DNA from: Candidatus Woesearchaeota archaeon
Lineage (GTDB): Archaea > Nanobdellota > Nanobdellia > SCGC-AAA011-G17 > GW2011-AR18
Reading direction: 5' to 3'
Assembly: GCA_964524105.1 (NCBI GenBank)
Contig: CAZGBX010000003.1
Coordinates: forward strand, 1 to 59,923
Length of the DNA stretch: 59,923 nt
Below, in pieces: positions 34,510 through 44,051 of this stretch. The stretch's first letter is position 1. Every line of letters starts with the position of its first letter. Below the pieces are notes generated by a model. It made no database searches. It was not told the origin of the DNA and saw nothing but the letters and a program-made list of their open reading frames with translations. Position numbers and translations under genes: made by a program.

Positions 34510-35454
34510 ATGATTGAGAGAATTCTATTAATATTCTTGGTTTCACTTTTTGTTACTTTAATACTGATTAAATTTTATATTAAAAAAGCAGAGAAAAAGA
34601 AGTTGGTTGTAAGGGACATGTATAAGTCTGGTGAAAAAATGGTGGCTAATATGGGGGGTTTGGTTGTACTAACTGGAGCGATGTTAGGGTTGATAGTAGC
34701 AGAGTTTCTTGGAATAAATATGGTGCCTTTATTGTTGTTTTATTTTGTAGTGATACTGTATGGATTTTATGGACTGGCTGATGATTTGTTAGGGTTTAAG
34801 AAACGTCAGGGGAAAGTACTGGTTTTGTTTATCTTAGCGTTACCGATTGCAGTATTAACTAAGGATACTAATCTAAGTCTATTACTTTTTGAGATTGAGT
34901 TAGGGTGGATGTATGCTTTTATTTTTGCTCCATTGTATATTATGGTTGTAGCTAATCTGATAAATATGCATTCAGGTTATAATGGGTTGGCTGGTGGTTT
35001 ATCATTAATAATATTAATTTTTGCAGGTGTTAAATCTTACTTGGTTTCTGGTTGGGCACATAATCTATTAATTATACCTATCTTAGGTGCCTTGTTAGCG
35101 TTTATGTTTTTTAATCTTTATCCCTCTAGAATATTTTTAGGTAATATTGGGTCTTTCTTGTTAGGTGGGGCCATTGGTGGATTTTTGGTGTTAGCTAATA
35201 TTGAGTTTTTTGGAGTGATAATTTTGATACCGCACATTATAAATTTCATTTTATGGATTTATTGGACTAGAAATATGGATAAATATCCCTTTGCTAAGTT
35301 TGGTAAAGTAAGAGAAGATGGGACTATTAAAACACCTAACTATTTGACTGTAAAGTATATTGTATGTAAGTTGTTTAGAGTTAATGAATGGCAGGCGATT
35401 TTAATTTGTTATTCAGTGACTATTGTGTTTGGTGTTGTGGGGTTAGTGATTTGA
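34510..35454 (+). CDS. GT4-family (MraY/WecA/AglH-like) sugar-phosphate : dolichyl-phosphate transferase
   Basis: About 10 TM segments with NLINMHSGYNGLAGG and DDLLGF motifs. Confidence 0.75.
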   Translation: MIERILLIFLVSLFVTLILIKFYIKKAEKKKLVVRDMYKSGEKMVANMGGLVVLTGAMLGLIVAEFLGINMVPLLLFYFVVILYGFYGLADDLLGFKKRQGKVLVLFILALPIAVLTKDTNLSLLLFEIELGWMYAFIFAPLYIMVVANLINMHSGYNGLAGGLSLIILIFAGVKSYLVSGWAHNLLIIPILGALLAFMFFNLYPSRIFLGNIGSFLLGGAIGGFLVLANIEFFGVIILIPHIINFILWIYWTRNMDKYPFAKFGKVREDGTIKTPNYLTVKYIVCKLFRVNEWQAILICYSVTIVFGVVGLVI

Positions 35455-35459
35455 AAATT

Positions 35460-36479
35460 ATGATTGATATTGGGCACCCAGCACATGTACATTTATTTAA
35501 GAATTTTATTAAAATCATGGAAAAGAAAGGGCATGAATTTTTGATTACAGCTAGGGACAAAGAATGTGTATTAAGGTTACTTGATACCTATGGTATAAAG
35601 TATATTCAAAGAGGAAAAGGGTATAATGGGATCTTGGGAAAAGCATTTAATTTGATAAAAACAGATATTTTTATGTATAATGTTAGTAAGAGTTTCAATC
35701 CTGATATTCTAATTGGAGTAAATAATCCTTATATTGCTCATGTAAGTTGGAGAATGAGAAAACCTTCTTTCATATTTAATGATACAGAACATGCTAAGAT
35801 TGGAAATTTAGTGACATATCCATTTGCAACTAAAATTATAACTCCTTTATGTTATAAAGATAAATTAGGGAAAAAACAAGTACGATATAATGGGTACCAT
35901 GAATTAGCTTATTTGCATCCGAATTATTTTAAACCAAATCCAAGTGTTTTGAAAGAACTTGGTCTGAAAAAAGGTGAAAAGTTTTTTGTTCTGAGGTTTG
36001 TTTCATGGGGTGCAAGCCACGATATTAGGCAGAAAGGATTGACGATTGGAAGTAAAAGAGAGATAATTCAATTGTTTAGTAAATATGGAAAGGTGTTGAT
36101 AAGTTCAGAAGGAAAATTACCAAAAGAGTTTGAAGCCTATAAACTTAATATTTCCCCTGAAAAAATGCATGATGTTTTGTATTATACCACCTTGTTAATT
36201 ACTGAGGGGGCTACTATGGCTACGGAAGCAGCAATTTTAGGGACGCCCTCTTTATTTGTTAATACTGGTTATTTGGGAAATCCATATGAAATTAATGAAA
36301 AATATGGGTTATTATTTCAAATAACTAATCCAAAGGATATAATAAAAAAGGTTAAGGAATTGACTAATGAAAAAAGTACAAAAAAACAATGGAAGAAAAA
36401 AAGCTCTCAATTATTAGAAGAGAAGATAGATGTTACAAGGTGGATGGTGAATTATATTGAAGATTCTAATTATAACTAA
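35460..36479 (+). CDS. DUF354 family protein (predicted glycosyltransferase/epimerase-like)
   Basis: MIDIGHPAHVHLFKNFI N-terminus is typical of DUF354. The ATG at 35460 is preferred over the ORF-track start at 35388. Confidence 0.65.
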   Translation: MIDIGHPAHVHLFKNFIKIMEKKGHEFLITARDKECVLRLLDTYGIKYIQRGKGYNGILGKAFNLIKTDIFMYNVSKSFNPDILIGVNNPYIAHVSWRMRKPSFIFNDTEHAKIGNLVTYPFATKIITPLCYKDKLGKKQVRYNGYHELAYLHPNYFKPNPSVLKELGLKKGEKFFVLRFVSWGASHDIRQKGLTIGSKREIIQLFSKYGKVLISSEGKLPKEFEAYKLNISPEKMHDVLYYTTLLITEGATMATEAAILGTPSLFVNTGYLGNPYEINEKYGLLFQITNPKDIIKKVKELTNEKSTKKQWKKKSSQLLEEKIDVTRWMVNYIEDSNYN

Positions 36480-37557
36480 CTCTTACCCAACAAAAAAGAA
36501 CACAGTAGCTTCTCATTTTGTTAAAGAACAAGTGGATTCTTTAATAAATTTAAATGGAAAAGTATTTGTTTTTTTCAACCCCATATTTAACTATGTAAAA
36601 AATCCACAATATAAAAAAGGGGTCTTATGGACATTTATAAAGTACATTTACTTTACTGTGGCCTTTATTCCTTTTTTATTAAGAAAGTTTGATGTTGTAC
36701 ACTGCCACCAAGTTTTTTATCCTGGGTTTCTTGGTTATATTTATTGCTTATTACATAATAAACCGTTAATTATTACTTCTCATGGAGGAGATATAGACTC
36801 AATGGCAAAAAAATCAAAAATTATTTTTTCTTTGCAAAAGAGAATTTTTAGAAAAGCTTCTAAGGTAATAGCTGTAAGTACACCATATGAAAATAAGTTA
36901 GTAAAAGAATTTTATGTGGATTCTAAAAAAATTGAAGTTATAAGCTGCGGTACAAATACAAAATTGTTTAAGCCAAAAAAGAGTAGAATACAAATAAAAA
37001 AGAACCTTGGGCTGAATACTAAGAAAATACACCTCCTTTTTGTTGGACACTTAATTGATGGAAAAGAGCCAATACTTTTTTTAAAGGCAATAAATGAGCT
37101 AGGTAATAAAAGAATTCAACCAATAATAATAGGGGAAGGGCCCCTAATTAATAAATTAAAAACATTTTCAAAAAAGAATAAGATAGAGACATTTTTTAAA
37201 GATTATATGCCTCATGAGGAGGTGGTGAAATGGATGCAAGCATCAGACATGTTTATCTTTCCAAGTTCTAAGGAATCATTCGGGCTTGTTGGAGTAGAAT
37301 CACTGGCTTCTGGAACTCCTGTTATAGCATCAAAAGTTGGTGGGAAGGTGGATTACCTTAAGGAGGGTTACAATGGAATGTTCTTTAAAAACAAAGACAA
37401 AGGAGATTTAAAAAATAAAATAAATCAAGTATTAAAAAACAAAAAGCTATATAGTGTATTATTAAGAAACTCAATAAGTTCAGTAGAGAAATTTAGTTTA
37501 GAAAACCAGGCAAAAAAGATTCTTAGGATTTATACAAGTGCGTGGAAAAATGATTAA
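36457..37557 (+). CDS. GT-B glycosyltransferase (GT4-like)
   Basis: The C-terminal domain carries FPSSKESFGLVGVESLASGTPVIAS (the E-x7-E region). Confidence 0.75.
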   Translation: MKILIITNSYPTKKNTVASHFVKEQVDSLINLNGKVFVFFNPIFNYVKNPQYKKGVLWTFIKYIYFTVAFIPFLLRKFDVVHCHQVFYPGFLGYIYCLLHNKPLIITSHGGDIDSMAKKSKIIFSLQKRIFRKASKVIAVSTPYENKLVKEFYVDSKKIEVISCGTNTKLFKPKKSRIQIKKNLGLNTKKIHLLFVGHLIDGKEPILFLKAINELGNKRIQPIIIGEGPLINKLKTFSKKNKIETFFKDYMPHEEVVKWMQASDMFIFPSSKESFGLVGVESLASGTPVIASKVGGKVDYLKEGYNGMFFKNKDKGDLKNKINQVLKNKKLYSVLLRNSISSVEKFSLENQAKKILRIYTSAWKND

Positions 37558-37594
37558 GATACAAATTTAAAAATGTTTGTGATGTGAAGTGTAA

Positions 37595-39166
37595 ATGAAT
37601 AGAAAGACAGAGAATAAAATTGTGTTTGTAGCTTTCATAATATTTGTTACAATCTTAATTTTTATGCTTGTTAATTTTGCCAAATTTGAATACCCTTTGA
37701 TTGGAGATGGTGAGGATCATTGGAAAACTGCTGAAAAAATACAAGATGAAAAATCTTTATTGGAAAAAAATGTTTTTTTTCCAAAAGCACCACATATGTA
37801 TCCACAGGGTTATCCATCATATTTTGTATCTATAAGTAATATAACAGGTATGACATTACAGGAGACATTCATACTTCTACCTGTAATATTTTATCTCTTC
37901 TATTTTTGTAGTGTTTATTTCTTATCAAAAAGTATTACAAAGAATAAAATTGTGGCTGCCATTTCAGGGCTTAGTATATTTTTATTTTGGTGGCAAAATC
38001 CAAGATATGATTATATTTTTTCTCGTTTTTCGTTTGCCATGCCAGAATACTTAAATCTTTTCTTAGGTTTGTTAATCATATCTTTACTAATTAATGGAGC
38101 AATTGAAAAAAAGAGGTGGTTTTATACTTGTTGTATAATTGTTTTGTCTATTTCTTTTATACATAGAACAACCGCCATTGGATTGTTTGGTCTAATAGGA
38201 TTATTTATAATTTTTAATATTATTAAGAAAAGATGGAAGACGTTAAAGAAAGAAATAATTCTTCTATTAACATTGATATTAGGATTAAGTATACAGTTTG
38301 TCCCTAATTTGATAGACTATGGTTTTCCAAAGGGGTATATTGAACCCCAAATATTATCTGACTTTTCTCGTGTAAGCGTAATGCAACAAACACAAAATTT
38401 TTTCACAGTAGATTATTTTAATTTCAATATTGGAGTAACAAACTATCTATTCTTAATGTTCCTAATCATAGGTTTAGTCTGTTTATTTAGAAAAAGATTA
38501 ATTAACTTTCAAAATCTCCCTTATTTTTTATTACCTGTATTTTACATTTTAAACCTGCTTGTTTTTAAGATTAATACTTTAAATTATCCTATAAAATATT
38601 TTTTTGTGCCTGCGGTTTACTTTATTTTTGTTGGTTTGGGGATTTATTACACATTTGTTAATATTAATAAAAGAATTCGAATTGTCTTATCTATAATTAT
38701 TATATTAACCTTTATAATGTCAGTAACTTACATAATTAGTGATATACCTGAAATAAACGGTCCATCAAAAGCACTACAATCAAAAGAAATGCTTGGTATT
38801 TCAGATGGTGCAATAGTATTTTTTGAGTCAATAGAAGAAAATGCAGTCATTATTGCTAAACCAGTTACGTCTAAAACACTTGGAATTATAACAAAAAAAA
38901 CTGTGTTATTTACTTATTTGGGACATTACGGTATGTATGTCCATCAATTATATAACATTTCCCAAAGGCATGAAGATGTAAGGGAAATCTACGAATCTTG
39001 TGATTTAAACAAAACTAAAATGTTAATTGAGAAGTATGGAGAAGAAATTTATGTTTATATTGGAAAGAGGGAAGAATTAAATTATGATATTTGTTATAAA
39101 AAATTTGAAACCAATTTTAAGAGTAAAGAGTTTGAGAATGATACTATTTATTACTTGGGGGGCTAG
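37595..39166 (+). CDS. Large polytopic membrane protein (GT-C/ArnT-like candidate)
   Basis: More than 10 TM segments followed by a soluble C-terminal domain. Assigned from context in the glycosylation island only. Confidence 0.4.
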   Translation: MNRKTENKIVFVAFIIFVTILIFMLVNFAKFEYPLIGDGEDHWKTAEKIQDEKSLLEKNVFFPKAPHMYPQGYPSYFVSISNITGMTLQETFILLPVIFYLFYFCSVYFLSKSITKNKIVAAISGLSIFLFWWQNPRYDYIFSRFSFAMPEYLNLFLGLLIISLLINGAIEKKRWFYTCCIIVLSISFIHRTTAIGLFGLIGLFIIFNIIKKRWKTLKKEIILLLTLILGLSIQFVPNLIDYGFPKGYIEPQILSDFSRVSVMQQTQNFFTVDYFNFNIGVTNYLFLMFLIIGLVCLFRKRLINFQNLPYFLLPVFYILNLLVFKINTLNYPIKYFFVPAVYFIFVGLGIYYTFVNINKRIRIVLSIIIILTFIMSVTYIISDIPEINGPSKALQSKEMLGISDGAIVFFESIEENAVIIAKPVTSKTLGIITKKTVLFTYLGHYGMYVHQLYNISQRHEDVREIYESCDLNKTKMLIEKYGEEIYVYIGKREELNYDICYKKFETNFKSKEFENDTIYYLGG

Positions 39167-40025
39167 TATTCTTACAAATTGCAAAGAAAGTCATAGAAGA
39201 ATCTATTCTTTTTTTATTTAAATAAAAATGGCTAAGTTTAAATCTTTTCATTAATATTTTCAAAATTTTCTTTTTAAACTTTGGAACATTTTCTTTAATC
39301 CCCTTTTTTCCTTTTCTTGGTTTGGTAATTATTATTATTATTTTCAGAATCATTTTAATTGGAAGTAATAATATCCCTCGTTTCACCCTATATTTTTCAA
39401 TAAGCTGAATCCATTTTTTAGCTCGAAGCCCATATATATTAAATTCTTGAAAGTTTTTTCTAAGAACTTGTTCTAAATCTCTTTTTGTAAATTCTTGAAA
39501 ATGTTCTGGGTTAAATGGTTTTTGAAAAGGTAAAAGTCTAAATTTTCTATTTGGTGTGGTTATTATTAGTAATCCCCCAGGTTTTAATAAACTTTTCATT
39601 TTTTCCAAGAAATCTGGCAAAGAATTTGGCTGGATATGTTCTATTAATTGAAATGCTGTTATCACATCAAAAGTATTTTCTTTAAATGGTAATTCTAGTG
39701 CATCAATTTTTTTAAACTCTATGTTCTTTTTGGATCTTGTTTTTTTTGCAAAATTTATTGCTTCCAGATCTTCATCTATTGCTACAACTTTCTTAGCATT
39801 AGAAGCTAAGATTTCTTCACCATAACCAATAAAACAACCAATACTAAGTACATTTTTATTCTTAGTATATTTCAAGGCGTATTCATAAGAGATTAGGTGT
39901 CTTGCATGCAATAAAAAAAATTTAAAATCAAACTTATAATTCAATAAATTTTTAATTTTTCCTTTTTCATAAAGATATTCCGCAAGGATTTCGTAATCTT
40001 TGAAATAGTTTTCTTTTTTTTCCAT
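39144..40025 (-). CDS. Class I SAM-dependent methyltransferase
   Basis: VLSIGCFIGYGE, AIDED, and ...LKPGGLLIITTPN. Confidence 0.7.
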   Translation of the reverse strand: MEKKENYFKDYEILAEYLYEKGKIKNLLNYKFDFKFFLLHARHLISYEYALKYTKNKNVLSIGCFIGYGEEILASNAKKVVAIDEDLEAINFAKKTRSKKNIEFKKIDALELPFKENTFDVITAFQLIEHIQPNSLPDFLEKMKSLLKPGGLLIITTPNRKFRLLPFQKPFNPEHFQEFTKRDLEQVLRKNFQEFNIYGLRAKKWIQLIEKYRVKRGILLLPIKMILKIIIIITKPRKGKKGIKENVPKFKKKILKILMKRFKLSHFYLNKKRIDSSMTFFAICKNTSPPSNK

Positions 40026-40038
40026 CTTAAATTTTTAC

Positions 40039-40082
40039 TTTTATTTTCCTTCCTAACACCATTAATAAGTTTTGCTCTTCTT
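40039..40082. repeat. 44-bp perfect direct repeat, copy 1 (non-coding relic of the wzx 3' end)
   Basis: ttttattttccttcctaacaccattaataagttttgctcttctt is identical to 42471-42514. Confidence 0.9.
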
Positions 40083-40107
40083 CACTGGGGGAATATATTT
40101 AAATTGT

Positions 40108-41325
40108 ATGACCTCTCTAAAAGGCACAAAGATGTTAAAGAAGAAATTACAGGAAGTGAGTAGTAAAAAAGAAATCATTTTTATCATTGATTCGCCTTTC
40201 CCTTATTATTCAGGTGGAAGAGAGACTTGGCTTTTTCATATTTGTAATAGCCTTATAACAAATGGAGATTCTATTTATTTAGTTAATCAAAAAAAATTCT
40301 TTAATATGAAAAAACCTTTTTTTAACTTAAACTCCAAAGTAAATATAATTTCTGTACCCATCTTGCCACGTTTCATTAAAACTTATTGGCCCCTTGGAAC
40401 TTTATTTCGCGTAGCTAACTCTTATCTTTTTTCCATCCTTTGTTATATAAAATTATTTAGAAGATTTAGAAGGAAGAAACCTTTAATTATAGCTATAGGG
40501 TCTGGATTTACTGCCCTTCCTGCATTGTACTTAAAAAAACAGGGCTATAAATATATTTGTTGTGTGAGAGGGAAGTATGCATATGACTCGACTTTAAAGA
40601 CTGCGATTTTTAAGAAAAAATGGTTTAATTTTTTTCAGAAATTAGAGATTAAAACCATGAAACATGCGGAAGCAGTATGGGCAAATGGATATGATACAAA
40701 AGAAAATATTTCAAAGTATATAGATCAAAATACTAAAAAAAAGGTTAGTGTTATGCCTAATGGTGTTGACTTTCAAAAATATAAAAGTGGTGGAATAATA
40801 AAAGAGAATATTATTATGAATGTTTCCACATTAAGAGACATAACCGGCATCCGTGAAATTATTAAGTGCATACCACATGTCGTAAATAAAAATGTAAAGT
40901 TTGTTTTTGTTGGTAAGGGTAATAAAGAACCCTATGTTAAACTTGCTAAAAAATTGAATGTTCTTAATTCTATTTTATTTTTAGGAGAAAGGAAAGATAT
41001 TCCAGATGTATTGAAACAAGCAAAAATTGTTCTATGTGTCAGTGACGGTTCAGGGATCTCACATTCATTACTTGAAGCCTTAAGTTCTGGGGCAGTAGTA
41101 ATTGCATGGGATTACTTTAAATATAGCCAATTAATTGTTAATAGAAAGAGTGGTTTTTTAGTTGAGGAAAATAATCCAGCAAAATTAGGAGAAATGATTG
41201 AATATGTTCTTGAGAATTATGATAAGATGGGCCAAATTAGAATAAATGCAAGAAAAAGTGTAGAAAAATATGATTGGAAGAATGTTACTCAAAGATTCTT
41301 TAAAAAAATAAAACCATTTATTTAA
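40108..41325 (+). CDS. GT-B glycosyltransferase (GT4-like)
   Basis: C-terminal VSDGSGISHSLLEALSSGAVVIA. Start is ATG at 40108 or 40132; the ORF-track TTG at 40072 lies inside the repeat. Confidence 0.7.
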   Translation: MTSLKGTKMLKKKLQEVSSKKEIIFIIDSPFPYYSGGRETWLFHICNSLITNGDSIYLVNQKKFFNMKKPFFNLNSKVNIISVPILPRFIKTYWPLGTLFRVANSYLFSILCYIKLFRRFRRKKPLIIAIGSGFTALPALYLKKQGYKYICCVRGKYAYDSTLKTAIFKKKWFNFFQKLEIKTMKHAEAVWANGYDTKENISKYIDQNTKKKVSVMPNGVDFQKYKSGGIIKENIIMNVSTLRDITGIREIIKCIPHVVNKNVKFVFVGKGNKEPYVKLAKKLNVLNSILFLGERKDIPDVLKQAKIVLCVSDGSGISHSLLEALSSGAVVIAWDYFKYSQLIVNRKSGFLVEENNPAKLGEMIEYVLENYDKMGQIRINARKSVEKYDWKNVTQRFFKKIKPFI

Positions 41326-42457
41326 TATTTTTGTAGATATTAATTATTTTATTAATAATAACTTTATCTGAGAAGTTTTTGTTTGCATAGGCTGCAATTT
41401 TCTTATTATTATATTTTTTAAGGTTTTTTTTCATAAAAATTATAGATTCTGCTAAAAGTTTAGGATTCTCTTTGTCTACAACTAAACCTGTTTCTTTTGT
41501 GATATAATCTTCAGGACCGCCGCACTTTGTTGCAATAACAGGAAGTCCCAGGCCCATAGCTTCTATCCCTACTATACTGAATGTCTCTATTCTACTAGAT
41601 ATTACTAGTACTGAATGGTTTCTTATTTTATGCAATAATTCCTTATGTGGCATCGGGTCTAGAAAATTAACATATTTGGATATATTCTCTTTAGTACAAT
41701 ATTCTTTGTATTTTTCTTTATTTGGCCCATCTCCAACCACAGTTAAATAGATCTCATTATTTCCATTAATTAAAATCTTTAATGCCTTTAGGAGAATATC
41801 TATCCCTTTAGTTTGGATTTCATCCATCCACCCAATACAAATTATCTTAAACTTAGTTTGTTTTTTCTTCTCTTTTCTTTTCAGACCTTCTAAATCAAAG
41901 AAATTATGTACAACCTTACACTCTTTTTTGTAATACTTTGCGAGAATATGTTTTAAATATTTACTTACGACTATAACTTCAGAAGCATTAGAAACAGCAA
42001 GAGTACAATATTTTTCAAATCTTTTTATTCTTGTTTCTACTTTACTTATGTGTTCTGTAATTACATAAGGAATCTTAAATTCTTTATTTAATAAATATCC
42101 ACCATATCCACCATAAATTAAAGAATGTGCATGTATTACATCTGGTTTCCCATTTTCTTTTACTACTTTTTTGAAAGCTTCAAATAAATGTTTTTTGTAT
42201 AACCCACTGTTAAATAATTTAGGAATTTTAAAACCTTTTTTCACTACAGTATAAACCCCATTGATTGTTCTTGAGGTATTATCTTTTAATCTTAGTTTAC
42301 ATGGGTCTGCTTTCATCCATATATCTATTAATGAGACTTTGAATCCAGATTTTGCTAGTGCTTCTGCTTGTTGTTTGAAGAAAATCCCAGAATTTAAATT
42401 ATCTTTTGTTAAATACCAAGAAGGGATAATTAAGATATGCTTTACTTTTTTTTCCAT
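41318..42457 (-). CDS. GT-B glycosyltransferase (GT4-like)
   Basis: SSRIETFSIVGIEAMGLGLPVIATKCGGPEDYI. Confidence 0.75.
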   Translation of the reverse strand: MEKKVKHILIIPSWYLTKDNLNSGIFFKQQAEALAKSGFKVSLIDIWMKADPCKLRLKDNTSRTINGVYTVVKKGFKIPKLFNSGLYKKHLFEAFKKVVKENGKPDVIHAHSLIYGGYGGYLLNKEFKIPYVITEHISKVETRIKRFEKYCTLAVSNASEVIVVSKYLKHILAKYYKKECKVVHNFFDLEGLKRKEKKKQTKFKIICIGWMDEIQTKGIDILLKALKILINGNNEIYLTVVGDGPNKEKYKEYCTKENISKYVNFLDPMPHKELLHKIRNHSVLVISSRIETFSIVGIEAMGLGLPVIATKCGGPEDYITKETGLVVDKENPKLLAESIIFMKKNLKKYNNKKIAAYANKNFSDKVIINKIINIYKNIK

Positions 42458-42458
42458 T

Positions 42459-43952
42459 TTAAAATAATGTTTTTATTTTCCTTCCTAACACCATTAATAA
42501 GTTTTGCTCTTCTTTATTCATTGTAATTAAAAATGCACAGGCTGAGATCAAAAGTATAGCTAAAAATCCAAAAATTACAATGAAATAAATATTAAAATCC
42601 ATAATCAAAGGTTTGATTAGTGAACCTAAAGTGATAGCTACTATAAACATGATTATTGGCTTGAGCATAGCCAAATTGTATGTTGTAGTTTTGGTTAAAT
42701 AATAATTTTGTAGAGACCATAATAGAGCATTACAAATGTAAGCTATTGCTGTAGCTATTGCCACGCCTATTATACCATATTTTGGTATCAAAATTAAGTT
42801 TAAAATTATGTTTATCATTACAATAAATAACGTATCATATAAAACCCATTTATTTTTTCCTAACATAATAAGACTATGTCCCACCGGTCCAGCAGAAACA
42901 GTTATGGCTTGCGCTACAGTAATAATTATTAGAGGTAAGAAAGCTAAAGAATAGTCCTTTCCAAATAAAATTAGTAATTCTTTTCCAAATAATAAATAAA
43001 AACTTAAAATAAACATGGAGAAAGTAAATGCCCACCTTGTTAATGATTGAAATAATCCCCTATAAAGTTCCATTTTTTTGCTATGATATAGTTCTCCAAT
43101 AATTGGCACGAATATTTCATTAATCCCTATTAAAATAAATGTAGAAAGCAATGCCAATTGTATGGCAATATTGTAGATTCCCACATCTTTTGCAGTGCCA
43201 AATATCCCAAGCATTATTTTGTCTGCCCAAAAAGCAATTAGAGCAACAGATGAATGTAGGAATAATGGAAAAGAAAAACTTACAATTTTGAGTTTTACAA
43301 TTTCTTCTTCTTTAATTTTTTGGAATTTTTTAAGATATAATTTACAGACATAATATATAGCAAAGAGAAGAATGGCCACTTTACTAATTATTTTTGCCAC
43401 TAAAATCCAAAAAAATGAAAGGTCCATAAAAAAAGCAATGAATACCAAAAGCAACCACGCCAAACCACCAACAATGCTTGAAATTAATACATTTTCATAA
43501 ACTTTTTTGAAAGACCTTAAAACAATAAATAGAAAATTGATAACTGCTTGTAAAGGTATTAGAATACTAAAAATTAATATTACTAATGATAAATTTGGTT
43601 CAGAAAAAATATAATTAGAGATGTAATTTCTCATTAGAAATAGGAGAAGGGATATAATTAAACTCCAGATAAGGATTATTTTAAATACGAATTTAATTAG
43701 GGTTTTTATTTTACCATATTCTTTTTCGGCATTATATTTTGTAATGAATTTAACTAAACTATTTTCAAATCCCAGAAGCGCAATAATTCCAAGAATTCCA
43801 ATTATAGTATTTCCTAATGTGAATAGGCCATATTGAGTAGGAGAAATTAAATGTGTTATAAGAAAAATTGAGACATACCTAATAATTTTATTTAGAATTT
43901 CCCCAAAGACCTTCCACCCTGTACCCCTGACAATAGTTTTTAAATAATCCAT
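42459..43952 (-). CDS. wzx: Oligosaccharide/polysaccharide flippase (Wzx, MOP superfamily)
   Basis: 497 aa, about 12-14 TM segments, typical Wzx size and context. Confidence 0.7.
   Translation of the reverse strand: MDYLKTIVRGTGWKVFGEILNKIIRYVSIFLITHLISPTQYGLFTLGNTIIGILGIIALLGFENSLVKFITKYNAEKEYGKIKTLIKFVFKIILIWSLIISLLLFLMRNYISNYIFSEPNLSLVILIFSILIPLQAVINFLFIVLRSFKKVYENVLISSIVGGLAWLLLVFIAFFMDLSFFWILVAKIISKVAILLFAIYYVCKLYLKKFQKIKEEEIVKLKIVSFSFPLFLHSSVALIAFWADKIMLGIFGTAKDVGIYNIAIQLALLSTFILIGINEIFVPIIGELYHSKKMELYRGLFQSLTRWAFTFSMFILSFYLLFGKELLILFGKDYSLAFLPLIIITVAQAITVSAGPVGHSLIMLGKNKWVLYDTLFIVMINIILNLILIPKYGIIGVAIATAIAYICNALLWSLQNYYLTKTTTYNLAMLKPIIMFIVAITLGSLIKPLIMDFNIYFIVIFGFLAILLISACAFLITMNKEEQNLLMVLGRKIKTLF
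42471..42514. repeat. 44-bp perfect direct repeat, copy 2 (inside the last codons of wzx)
   Basis: Identical to 40039-40082. On the minus strand it encodes the ...NKEEQNLLMVLGRKIK segment. Confidence 0.9.
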
Positions 43953-44051
43953 TTATAAGAGGTATTTTTGTTAGGATAGATAAATCTTTCTAAAGTTTAG
44001 AGTAATGAACTAGCAAAATATATTTAAAATAGGCTTCTTAACTTAAAAAAG

